Below, piece after piece: positions 52,536 through 61,359 of a DNA stretch of 61,359 bases. The translations under genes were made by a program, and so were the position numbers. The notes beneath the pieces are model-generated. The model was not told the DNA's origin and did no database searches. It worked only from the letters and a program-made list of their open reading frames with translations. The first letter of the stretch is position 1. Each line of letters opens with the position of its first letter. Source of the stretch: a virus (Duplodnaviria > Caudoviricetes); the IMG/VR virus record IMGVR_UViG_3300037483_000835, positions 1-61,359 of that record; one strand, given 5' to 3'.

Positions 52536-53635
52536 AGCTCTATCCCCTTTAGCCTCAGTAATTTCCTATCCAACAGCGACAACCCCTGAATCGCATCCGA
52601 AACAACACGACGAGCCTCTGCCTCTTGAACTACTATATCCGGACGCCACTCGTCTCTCGCAGGATACTTCTCGATGAGGTTCGACCCGTCCTCGTCATCC
52701 CCCATAGGCAGAGAGGACGAGTGCAGCACTTGTGCAGCGGACAAGAGGTTTACTAAATCTCCAACAGATGTCATCGGGTCTGGCTTCGATTTCTTAACGA
52801 TACCATCTACCTTTTCCTGCTCCAGCCGGTCTACTTCTCGTTCCTTGTTGTCGATTTGCTCAACCTCATTTAACCGCTTACACACCTCTTCCAGATCGAG
52901 AGGGCCGTCATGTCCCATGCGTCCGATAATTTTCCTGGCCCTATAGATTCTGCGTTTATCAGGCGGGAAGAAGTGGATGAACGTTTCACTGTTGGACTCG
53001 ATCAGATTGCCCAGCATGCGACCGATTAACACCGCACGAAAACGTCTATGGTACGGACCGACGTACTTATCGATGCCCTCCAAGAGACCCACGAAACAGG
53101 TCTGGTTCATGTCCATGTAGTTCAGATGACTCCTACTGTTACGCTCCAGGAACATGCGTGCCTGCGAAATAGCTAGCGGTAAATTACACTCAGCCAGCTC
53201 TTTCCTGATGTCCTTCACCTTTTCCGCTATGGCCATCAGCGCCTGGCCAGCCTTGGTGGTGCCCCAAGGCATCTGTTTCAGAACAAAGTCGATAAACTGA
53301 TAGTTGATGTTGAACTGATAGAGTCGGAGGTGGTCCTTCTCCTTGAGAACCGGAGAAATGGAAGCCTTGAATGTTGTGTCGCGCTCCCGGAAGTAAGGCC
53401 GGGCCATCAAGATATTTCGCTTTACAACCAGGATATGGTCGATAAACGCCTTGTAGGCGTCAGGGCCCCACTTGTGACGTACTAACATCATTCGAAAACG
53501 CTTCTCCAGTGTCACTAGTCTTTCCACTTGATGCTTCTGAAGCTCCGCCGTATTCTTGCCATGCTCCGCAATGATGGGTCCGAGCTTGGCGATGAATTCC
53601 CGAAAGTGCTCGTCGTGCTGCTGGTCGTGTCGCAT
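52532..53635 (-). CDS. phage sigma70-family factor, truncated in region 4
   Basis: Region 2 LAECNLPLAISQA..DMNQ..GLLEGIDKY; ends at AIQGLSLLDRKLLRLKGIEL. Confidence 0.8.
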   Translation of the reverse strand: MRHDQQHDEHFREFIAKLGPIIAEHGKNTAELQKHQVERLVTLEKRFRMMLVRHKWGPDAYKAFIDHILVVKRNILMARPYFRERDTTFKASISPVLKEKDHLRLYQFNINYQFIDFVLKQMPWGTTKAGQALMAIAEKVKDIRKELAECNLPLAISQARMFLERNSRSHLNYMDMNQTCFVGLLEGIDKYVGPYHRRFRAVLIGRMLGNLIESNSETFIHFFPPDKRRIYRARKIIGRMGHDGPLDLEEVCKRLNEVEQIDNKEREVDRLEQEKVDGIVKKSKPDPMTSVGDLVNLLSAAQVLHSSSLPMGDDEDGSNLIEKYPARDEWRPDIVVQEAEARRVVSDAIQGLSLLDRKLLRLKGIEL

Positions 53636-53692
53636 CTGAACCCTTAGTTAATTGTGAAAAAGCTGCGTACGCCTCGGCCAATGTCATAATTT

Positions 53693-55246
53693 TCATGACC
53701 ATGTCACGTCCGGATAAAGATTCTTATACATGCTTGCTCGAATCAAACCATGCCGATACATCGGTGAAGGGGTCGCATCATCCTTCTCGTCGATATCAGG
53801 AGTGTCGTTGAAAGAACTGGTCCGAAGCATTGGCACGAAATCCACGAAATTGAATTCAGACTTCTTCCTGCCATCACGAAAAATGTGTCTACGAGTGCCT
53901 CGACCCACCGCCTGGGGAATACCGATAGGAGAGCACCCGCCCATGAGATTTATTATCGTCTCAGGCGTTTTAATATCCGTGCCAACGCCGATACAGCTCG
54001 TGCCCACGAGGATGGGGAACTCCTCATCGTTGAACTGGTCCGCTAAAGCTGAGGGGTCTGACTCCCAGTATTTCTCAGGTAGTCTCTTGCGGAGGTCGGG
54101 GTCGCTCTTAGAAGCACCGTGTGCAAACCTGGGGTCGAATTCCAGGTGACGCAGAAGATGCTGAAATTGCGTAATCTCCTCGACCTGAATGAGAACCTTG
54201 TGTTTCAAGTGCGTCACCGCCATGTTGGCTATCTTCGCCGCTTTCTCGATGATTCGCGGATTGTAGTAGTGGTGCTTGCGAGTCATCTTTATCACATCAA
54301 ACGACTCGAACTTGTCGTCACTTCGAACACGCACCATCTTGAAATGTGGCCGAGCCAGGAACCCCTTCTCAGCGCCCTCTTGAACCGACATCGTGTAAAC
54401 GATAGGACCTGTGATACCCTTGAGAATGATACCCAGACCATCGCCTCGTACCTGGGTAGCAGACACGAAGAATCGATAGGCTGCCTTCTTCGCAATGCCC
54501 ATACAAACCTTTTCCAGAGTCGAAGCGGGACACATATGAGACTCATCGACCATGAACACTTCACATTTCGACAGTGACTCCCACGCCTCTTCACCAGGCT
54601 CTAGCCTAGTGAGGGACTGGTAGGTCGCGATGGTCACCTGTCGGTCGAATTTCTTCTTTCCGTCTCCGTACTGACCCACGTATCGAGCACCTAGATACTT
54701 CGTAAAATCCTTAACAAGCTGCGCCAAGATAGAAGCACTAGGGGCCACAATGAGAGTCCGAAGACCTAGGTGGTGAGTCAAGTCCATCAAAATACGACTT
54801 TTACCTAGCCCGGTGCCCATCTCGATACCGGCATGCATAGCCTCCACCAGAGCCTTTTCGGCCGCGGTCTGGTAGTAGCGCTCCTCATGTTCCGGCTCTA
54901 CGGCCCAAGCCATCCCCTTGGGTTCTGGAGGGGTCACCAGACGCTCAACAGAAACCTTCGTCAGCAAGCCCTGAGCAAGCTGGTCCGTAAGACCGCTGTA
55001 GGTGTATGGACCATATCCATCATCAAACAGAATACACCTTTTGAGTTGCTCTTTTAGTTCATTCTTCCTAGCTTCCCAACCTTCAGGGTCGCCCCGCTTC
55101 CACCGAAAGTTCTTTTGGTGCTTTGAGATAAGGTACTTGATTCCGCCATCCTCAAACGTCAAAAAATCTCTGGCCCGACTCAAGAGAGCTGGGTCGAAAT
55201 CCTTCAAGCGAACGAGAGCTGGTTCAACGACGTTTAGCGAAGGCAT
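53693..55246 (-). CDS. superfamily 2 DNA helicase (UvsW/XPB-like)
   Basis: GTGLGKS, DESH, SAT, GVGTDI, QAVGRGTR. Confidence 0.9.
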   Translation of the reverse strand: MPSLNVVEPALVRLKDFDPALLSRARDFLTFEDGGIKYLISKHQKNFRWKRGDPEGWEARKNELKEQLKRCILFDDGYGPYTYSGLTDQLAQGLLTKVSVERLVTPPEPKGMAWAVEPEHEERYYQTAAEKALVEAMHAGIEMGTGLGKSRILMDLTHHLGLRTLIVAPSASILAQLVKDFTKYLGARYVGQYGDGKKKFDRQVTIATYQSLTRLEPGEEAWESLSKCEVFMVDESHMCPASTLEKVCMGIAKKAAYRFFVSATQVRGDGLGIILKGITGPIVYTMSVQEGAEKGFLARPHFKMVRVRSDDKFESFDVIKMTRKHHYYNPRIIEKAAKIANMAVTHLKHKVLIQVEEITQFQHLLRHLEFDPRFAHGASKSDPDLRKRLPEKYWESDPSALADQFNDEEFPILVGTSCIGVGTDIKTPETIINLMGGCSPIGIPQAVGRGTRRHIFRDGRKKSEFNFVDFVPMLRTSSFNDTPDIDEKDDATPSPMYRHGLIRASMYKNLYPDVTWS

Positions 55247-55824
55247 CCCAGTTTCCTCTCCATGACCTCGTAGTATGCTCGAGAGGCCCGTACATTCGAA
55301 GGACCAGCCAGCTCAATGACTTTTTCAGGAGGGACACCCGCCAGTTTCATGACCTCTTCAAGCTGAGTATCAAGGGCCTGAGACTGTTCAAAGCTATGAA
55401 CACGATTAGGGTCGTAGAGGTCTCCAGGCTTCACGGGATGACACCGGAAGAAGAGATCAAAGGCCGAAGCGCTCCTCCTAGCCCCACATACCACGTCCTC
55501 TTTTACCCGACCTTCGGGTGTCATATAAAGCAAAGCGAGGAAGGCGGCACAGTCGGTAATTACAATCGACTGTGTAGACGAAGTGGAAAAAACCAACTCC
55601 ATGTTCCTCTGTCGACGAAGAATCTCGTACTGGTCTCGGTCATCTAGGGGACGCGCCTCAGGCGCTCCCGGCTGAGATTCCTTGTATCTCTTGAATGCGA
55701 TATAAGCCCGAGCTTGCTCAGGCAAGAATTCAGCCACATACCCATCATCCTTGAGGGACGCGAAGAGGAGAGCAGCAGTAGTGGTTTTGCCAGAGATGGG
55801 AGCGCCTAGGAATCCGATGAGCAT
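55234..55824 (-). CDS. P-loop nucleotide kinase (AAA_28/NadR-like)
   Basis: GAPISGKTT, E.AR.Y, IVITD. Confidence 0.8.
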   Translation of the reverse strand: MLIGFLGAPISGKTTTAALLFASLKDDGYVAEFLPEQARAYIAFKRYKESQPGAPEARPLDDRDQYEILRRQRNMELVFSTSSTQSIVITDCAAFLALLYMTPEGRVKEDVVCGARRSASAFDLFFRCHPVKPGDLYDPNRVHSFEQSQALDTQLEEVMKLAGVPPEKVIELAGPSNVRASRAYYEVMERKLGCLR

Positions 55825-55917
55825 GGTTGTCCTCTGGTATACTATAACACCCGAGAGAACCTACATTTACGACTATCTTACGACGGAAGAGGCTCGCCCA
55901 GTGATATAGTAGCCTGA

Positions 55918-56028
55918 GGTGCTCCTGTAACCGAGTCTAGGAAAGTCGGTGCTCCTGTAGCGGAGCAGGGTGCTCCTGTAGCGGAGCAGGGTGCTCCTGT
56001 AACCGAGTCATCTGCTCCTGTAGCCGAG
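55918..56028 (+). repeat. five 18-bp direct repeats (iterons; putative origin)
   Basis: GGTGCTCCTGTA(A/G)C(C/G)GAG at 55918, 55948, 55969, 55990 and 56011 (last with 2 mismatches); 21-bp period for the last four. Confidence 0.85.
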
Positions 56029-56072
56029 TGTAAGAAGGACAAGTAGGTAAGAAGGACTAGAAGGAAGCGTTC

Positions 56073-56486
56073 ATGCGTGCCAAATTCAAGAAACTGATGA
56101 AAAAAGCTGGAGGTGATGGATGGACAGAAATACCTAATTGTCTTCTAATGGGAGACGACTGGCCTTCAGTAACCATGCCGCTTCAAGCAAGACATCGATG
56201 TATGCTCATAGCGCTCTTGGCACGAGATTATCATGGCGGGTTTTTCAAAGTCGGCTTGAGAACGCTGGGAGAGGCTACCGGTTTAGGTAACGACAGCATC
56301 ATCCAGACCACATCGGACCTTGAACAGCTCGGGCTAATTACAGTCAATAGACACAAGAGATGTACTAACGAATACTCCCTCGAAGGTTTCTACACCCGCT
56401 TCGTAGAACTAGCCCTCCCTAAAGCGCCCCCGGCTCCAACTCCAGAAGTCAAGCCATACATGCGCCCTGCCGATGCTACTTGGTGA
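56073..56486 (+). CDS. winged-HTH protein, replication-initiator-like
   Basis: WTEIPN..L, LRTLGEATGL...I...L.QLGLI.V; adjacent to the iterons. Confidence 0.7.
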   Translation: MRAKFKKLMKKAGGDGWTEIPNCLLMGDDWPSVTMPLQARHRCMLIALLARDYHGGFFKVGLRTLGEATGLGNDSIIQTTSDLEQLGLITVNRHKRCTNEYSLEGFYTRFVELALPKAPPAPTPEVKPYMRPADATW

Positions 56487-56523
56487 TATAGTAGACTGAA
56501 GGTTTACATCTAGAGGACTGCCC

Positions 56524-58374
56524 ATGGAATGGACGAAGGTTAAGTCGGTCGCAAAAAGAGTTGTGCTCCCCGGACCCGAGCTAAACGCTACGGTTCTCAA
56601 GACGATGAAGCGTATTTCGGATGTCGTCGGAGCCACTCTGGGGCCTGGAGGCCGGCCAGTTCTTATCGAGCGCCAAGAGTACGGGATGCCGGGAATGGTG
56701 ACCAAGGACGGCGTCACAGTGTTTCGTTCGCTAGGGTTCAGAGACCCCGTTGAGCACGCTGTTATGGAAAGTACGCGTGACGCAGCTACCCGAACCGTTA
56801 CGGAGGCCGGCGACGGCACGACCACGGCTACGGTTCTTTCGTACGCCCTCGTTCGCTACGCTCAGATGTATTTGAAGGACAACCCCAATGTATCTCCTCA
56901 GGCGCTAGTACAAACTGTTCAAGACGCCTTCGACAAGGTCATCGAGCCGACTATCAAGAAGCTGGCCATCAAGGTCCGATTTGATTCGCCTCGTGGGCAA
57001 CGTATTCTTCGAGATGTGGCGACGGTATCTGCGAATGGTGACAAGAAGTTAGCTGCCGCCGTCATGGAGGCATTTAACCTGGTTGGTGACAATGGCACGG
57101 TAACTATCGTCGAGTCATCGGGGCCTTCGGCCTACAAGGTCGAGCGCATTCACGGATTCCCTATTCCGATGGGGTACGAGGAGTCGTGCCAGAAGTTCAT
57201 GACCGCGTTCATCAACGACGGCGCAGCCAATCGTGTGCATCTGAAGAACCCTCAGTTCGTTCTGTATAACGGAACTTGCACTGATATGCAAAGCATGGTG
57301 GGTCTCCTGGAGAAGTTGCAGTTCTGTTGGCTCAACCGTCCTGGACAGCCGCACCATAACCCCTCCCAGCCTTTCATTACGTCCCCAAACGTAGTGGTGG
57401 TTGCTAACGGATTCAGCGAGTCCGTCTTGGGTACGCTCGCACTTAACATGCCAGAATCGGGGACAGTCAACGTGATTCCGCTGACTATCCCTCGAACCGC
57501 TATCCTAAATGGAGAGGTCCACTTCCTAGAGGACCTAGCGGCCATCACAGGCGCGTCTGTCATGAACCAACTTTCCCGTCCGCTCGACTCGTTTGAGTTG
57601 CCAGACCTTGGTAGGGTCGAGGTCAGGGACATTGACGGCAACGTGTCTCCTGGCGAATTCGAGATGTTCCGATTCCGCTCAACCATCATCGGTCGAAACG
57701 ACGAGGATGAGATTATCGAGCGCGCCGAAGCGGTTGAAGCCATGATTCAAAGCGCCCCTTCGGAATATGACGCGAGGTTGATGAAGGAGCGGCTGGCCTG
57801 CTTGACTGGTGGTATCGCTAAATTGACGGTGGTTGGTTCTTCGAACGGAGAGTTGCGCGAGCGCAAGGACCGGGCGGACGACGCAGTTCAAGCTGTGAAG
57901 GGTGCCATCAAGTATGGCGCTCTCCCAGGTGGCGGATGGACTCTTCTCCGAGTTTCGCAAGAGCTAGCCGAGCGTTATCCCAATAACGACATCGTCGCGC
58001 GGGTCTTGGAATCCGCCCTAGAATACCCAGTCCGAAAGCTATTCGAGAACACGGGAGCGCAAGACAACGACGTCAAAGCCCGAATCCGATATATTTGTCA
58101 CAAGATGTCGGGTATTGGAAGAAAGAGTCGTTACGCTGAGGTTCTGTCGCTTCCCGGCTATGAGCCAGTGAGGGCAACCAAGGCCGGCCTCCTCGATTCC
58201 GTGCCTGCTGTTCTGGAAGCTATCCGGTCTTCTATCAGTATCGCAGCCCTCATCGGCACCCTGGGTGGTATTGTGGTGTTCGAGCGCGACGAAGAACATG
58301 AGCGCTCAGAAGCGGCTGCGAACGAGGACTTCGTGAGAAATGCCGGAATTTCGCCTGCTAACGAGCGCTGGTGA
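56524..58374 (+). CDS. groEL: chaperonin GroEL
   Basis: TLGPGG, TKDGVTV, AGDGTTTAT, ERKDR.DDA, PGGG. Confidence 0.97.
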   Translation: MEWTKVKSVAKRVVLPGPELNATVLKTMKRISDVVGATLGPGGRPVLIERQEYGMPGMVTKDGVTVFRSLGFRDPVEHAVMESTRDAATRTVTEAGDGTTTATVLSYALVRYAQMYLKDNPNVSPQALVQTVQDAFDKVIEPTIKKLAIKVRFDSPRGQRILRDVATVSANGDKKLAAAVMEAFNLVGDNGTVTIVESSGPSAYKVERIHGFPIPMGYEESCQKFMTAFINDGAANRVHLKNPQFVLYNGTCTDMQSMVGLLEKLQFCWLNRPGQPHHNPSQPFITSPNVVVVANGFSESVLGTLALNMPESGTVNVIPLTIPRTAILNGEVHFLEDLAAITGASVMNQLSRPLDSFELPDLGRVEVRDIDGNVSPGEFEMFRFRSTIIGRNDEDEIIERAEAVEAMIQSAPSEYDARLMKERLACLTGGIAKLTVVGSSNGELRERKDRADDAVQAVKGAIKYGALPGGGWTLLRVSQELAERYPNNDIVARVLESALEYPVRKLFENTGAQDNDVKARIRYICHKMSGIGRKSRYAEVLSLPGYEPVRATKAGLLDSVPAVLEAIRSSISIAALIGTLGGIVVFERDEEHERSEAAANEDFVRNAGISPANERW

Positions 58375-58640
58375 TGCCTCTATATTACTTACGGTGTCCG
58401 GTGTGTAAGACTGCTCAAAGACGGATTCTTTCGCCAGAAGAGGCGAAAGGTCCTCTTGCTTGCAAGAAGGAGGGGTGCTCGGGTAAGCCTCGCCGAATGC
58501 CTAGGCCGCCTACCTCGATGCTGAAAGAGGTTGTAGACAATGGGCTGATGCCTAAACGGTTAGAGAATTTCACTGACGGCCAGGAACTCACCAAGGCGCG
58601 CTCGGTGATGGATTTTACGAAACCTGATTGGCAGAAATAG
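58371..58640 (+). CDS. FmdB-like zinc-ribbon protein
   Basis: MPLYYLRCPVC...CKKEGC. Confidence 0.7.
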   Translation: MMPLYYLRCPVCKTAQRRILSPEEAKGPLACKKEGCSGKPRRMPRPPTSMLKEVVDNGLMPKRLENFTDGQELTKARSVMDFTKPDWQK

Positions 58641-58644
58641 AGGA

Positions 58645-58860
58645 ATGGTGATTATGTTATTCTACTGTCAAAGACCTACATGCGGACATCCAGAAGACGA
58701 ACATGACCACCTGTCCGGGAATACCTATCGTCGTGACTGCGAGGGTGGTTGTGACTGTCGCGACATGATTTATGACGATGAGGGCATACTTCACGGAAGC
58801 GTTCTGGAGTACGACCCAAAGAACGAATACGGCGCTGACATCTTGGAGTACACTCCATGA
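58645..58860 (+). CDS. small Cys/His-rich protein
   Basis: CGH...H...C...C.C, similar in pattern to 4705..4956. Confidence 0.55.
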   Translation: MVIMLFYCQRPTCGHPEDEHDHLSGNTYRRDCEGGCDCRDMIYDDEGILHGSVLEYDPKNEYGADILEYTP

Positions 58861-61079
58861 TTCCGACTATCAAACTACAGAGGCTGCTCGTCTCAAATCT
58901 CGGACCGTACGTGGGCGACCATGAGCTGGAGCTGCCCTCACATGGTTTACACATGGTCATGGGCGAGAATCTCGACACCGACGAATCTTCGGGCGCTGGC
59001 AAATCGTCATTCGTGGAAGCGTTTGCGTATGGGTTTGACTACTCGACCTTCAATGCCACCGACCTTCAGACCTGGGACTGGCTCACTAAAGAGCCTATGC
59101 AGGTAGGACTCGATTTCAGTGTGCGAGATATCGATATAGTTCTTCGCCGGGGCAAGAAGCCCAGTTTGAAAATAACCGGCAAGGATACGGTAACTAGCGC
59201 CAAGTCCGTAAAGGAAGAGCTAGGCCGACTCATAGGTGTACGACCCGAGATTCTCAAGGCGTTGACTTATCGTGCCCAGGGCCAGCCGGGACTATTTTTG
59301 TCAATGACGGACCAGGAGAAGAAGTCGTTCCTTACCGAACTACTCGGGCTTCAGATGTACGAGACTGAAGCTGACCGTGTCGTCAAGGTTATCACCGACC
59401 TCGAGCAGCAGGAGATTTCGAAGAAAGCTGTAGCTGACAGCCTGAAAGCCCAGATTCCGCCCGAGCCCACCCCGATGCCGGCGCTCGACATCCAGGGATT
59501 GGAACAGACCGCTTCAGGACTCGCAACCGAAATCGAGGCGGCCGAACACACGCTCCAGGATTTGAAGAGCGCTGACTCACGAGCGAGCCAAGAGCTGGCT
59601 GACCGCGCCCGCGCAGTGACTGCGCAGTGGACGCCCTACATCGAGAATCTTCAAGTGGCTCTCTACGAGCTGGAAAGCCGTCCGTTAAGCGTATCCCCTG
59701 CCGAGAAGCCCGAGCCTCCGACAGAGCTATCGGCGTTGAAGAAGAAGCTAGAGTTACTACGTCAGGGTATCGCGAAGACGAAGGCGGCCCATCAGGAAAA
59801 GTTGAGAGACCTGCGCAGCCAAGTCGCCGATGAACGAAATGAGGTGCACCGTCTGCGTAGTCACGCCCAGGGTCAGATTCGGGTAGCGACGGCAGAATTG
59901 GAACGTCTCCGGGGTGAGGTGGCCGTTCTGGAGACGATGATTTGCGACCGCTGCAAGCGTTCCTGGTGCGACGAGCACCATACGGCGACCTTGGTAGCGA
60001 AGCGTGGGGCCATCGAGGCGTGTCAAAGTGTGGTGAAGACGGCTGAGGCCGAGCTGGTTCATGCCAACGAAGCCGAGCATCGGATGCAAGAGGCCCAGCT
60101 CAATTTGACCTTCGCGGAAGGCGCTGACCCGGTTCCTGAGAAACTGGCCCAGGGCGAGCGTGACTTTGCACAGAAGGTGGCCGATACGGAAGCGGCTTAC
60201 AGGTCGGCCCTCGCCGAGGTGGAGCGACGACACGACGACCAGGTGCGCGTGTTACGCGCCGAGAAGCAAACTCAGGTTGCTGAGGCCAAAACAGCCGTCT
60301 CGAAGGCGGAAGGCGACTACATATCCGCTCTACATACGGCCCAGGAGATGACGGCTGAACACGTGCGGCTGCGTGAAAGCATGGGTGGAGCGAAGAGCTT
60401 GCTGGATGGCCTTCTGGCTGACCGGCGAGTCATCTCGGAGCGCATCATCTCCGCACAGGCTCGGCAACGTGACCTGGGCGCTCAGTTCAAGCGCGAGCTG
60501 GACGCGTTCACGAACGCTGTCGGTCGATACACCAAGGCCGGCATCGAGCATCAATCGGTGCTTACGAAGCTTGACCAGGAACGTGACTACCTGGGTGTTA
60601 TTCGCAGTTTCTTGGGGGCCATCTTCGACGAGACACTAAACCGTGTTGCGTTTTTGACGAATGAGCGTCTTGCGAAGGTCCCGAACGTCCAAGGTCTCAC
60701 TCTTCGTTTTATCTCCGAACGCGAGACCAAGACGACTAAGAACGTGCGTCAAGAGATTCGGCCCATCGTTGAGCGTGATGGACATGAAATCCCACTGAAG
60801 AGAACCTCGGGTGGCCAGTACACTGCCGTCGAGCTAGCCGTCGATTTGTCCCTCGCCGATGTTATCTCCGAGCGTACGGGCATCCTGCCTGGTTGGCTTA
60901 TTCTCGACGAGGCATTTAACGGGCTGCCGGTGAAATCGAAGAGCGCGTGCTTGGAGCTGTTGAAGGACGCTGCTGAGACCCGACTCATTCTCGTCATCGA
61001 TCACGCTACGGAATTTAAGGAACTGTTCGATTCCACGATTGTGGTTCGAAGTAAAGAGGGCCGTTCGGTCTTTGCGTGA
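58857..61079 (+). CDS. sbcC: SbcC/Rad50-like SMC ATPase
   Basis: Walker A SGAGKSS, coiled coils with CDRC zinc hook, TSGGQ signature, LILDE, IDH. Confidence 0.93.
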   Translation: MIPTIKLQRLLVSNLGPYVGDHELELPSHGLHMVMGENLDTDESSGAGKSSFVEAFAYGFDYSTFNATDLQTWDWLTKEPMQVGLDFSVRDIDIVLRRGKKPSLKITGKDTVTSAKSVKEELGRLIGVRPEILKALTYRAQGQPGLFLSMTDQEKKSFLTELLGLQMYETEADRVVKVITDLEQQEISKKAVADSLKAQIPPEPTPMPALDIQGLEQTASGLATEIEAAEHTLQDLKSADSRASQELADRARAVTAQWTPYIENLQVALYELESRPLSVSPAEKPEPPTELSALKKKLELLRQGIAKTKAAHQEKLRDLRSQVADERNEVHRLRSHAQGQIRVATAELERLRGEVAVLETMICDRCKRSWCDEHHTATLVAKRGAIEACQSVVKTAEAELVHANEAEHRMQEAQLNLTFAEGADPVPEKLAQGERDFAQKVADTEAAYRSALAEVERRHDDQVRVLRAEKQTQVAEAKTAVSKAEGDYISALHTAQEMTAEHVRLRESMGGAKSLLDGLLADRRVISERIISAQARQRDLGAQFKRELDAFTNAVGRYTKAGIEHQSVLTKLDQERDYLGVIRSFLGAIFDETLNRVAFLTNERLAKVPNVQGLTLRFISERETKTTKNVRQEIRPIVERDGHEIPLKRTSGGQYTAVELAVDLSLADVISERTGILPGWLILDEAFNGLPVKSKSACLELLKDAAETRLILVIDHATEFKELFDSTIVVRSKEGRSVFA

Positions 61080-61092
61080 TATAGTAGTGTGT

Positions 61093-61359
61093 ATGAGAGC
61101 CCTATCCGTTAAGCAAGCCATTGAGCTGTCCGAAGTCTGGAAGTCTCTTGAAAAGAGTACCGTGTTCGTGGCCCATAACGGCCGAGAGTTCCTAGTCGAG
61201 GGTCCCGAAGACCGCCAAGATCGTTGGCCCGAGACTGAAGACGACCAAGGTGTTTTGCGTATCTGGGTCGATAGCGAAGACGCTTGGATGTACGCTGAGG
61301 AGCAAGAAGAGAATTACGAACAGAGAATCCGAGTCATGCAAGTTGACGTGGAGCGACTG
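61093..61359 (+). CDS. hypothetical protein, truncated by the window end
   Basis: Open frame MRALSVKQAIEL... right after a GTGATATAGTAG motif. Confidence 0.6.
   Translation, partial: MRALSVKQAIELSEVWKSLEKSTVFVAHNGREFLVEGPEDRQDRWPETEDDQGVLRIWVDSEDAWMYAEEQEENYEQRIRVMQVDVERL

Noticed and set aside
55918-56028. CRISPR array
   Set aside because: Repeats are 18 bp with 3-12 nt gaps, there are no unique spacers and no cas genes; iterons fit better
51217-61079. Host chromosome flank (groEL, sigma, sbcCD), i.e. a prophage boundary
   Set aside because: Genes are divergent, share the phage promoter motif and run directly into the terminase operon; no integrase or att site seen

Overview
A 61 kb segment of a large, GC-rich tailed dsDNA phage. 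It has a Herelleviridae-like head module (terminase, portal, MuF, prohead protease, scaffold, major capsid, neck and decoration proteins), replication/repair genes (ATP-dependent ligase, SbcCD, SF2 helicase, ThyX), its own sigma factor, GroEL/GroES, one atypical tRNA and clusters of small early genes. Main finding: the head module carries four giant (1225-1720 aa) multi-domain proteins, plus a GGDEF protein and a MuF-HicA-ParB fusion. Their enzyme modules include ADP-ribosyltransferase, three GNATs, two Cys-His-Asp hydrolase-like domains, a zincin, a radical SAM, a Nudix, an HhH-GPD glycosylase and two PI3/4-kinase-like kinases. The modules are separated by a recurring hydrophobic-x-K-[S/A/G]-E motif resembling the predicted maturation site of the major capsid protein. 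This suggests capsid-packaged polyproteins cut by the prohead protease into injected effectors. The protease itself is one of the polyproteins and carries a copy of the capsid N-terminal arm. Other highlights: an anticodon-less tRNA-mimic RNA, three promoter classes with widespread leaderless spacing, a sigma factor lacking region 4.2, and an iteron-type origin. All assignments come from motif reading by eye; no database searches were run, and sub-gene coordinates are approximate.
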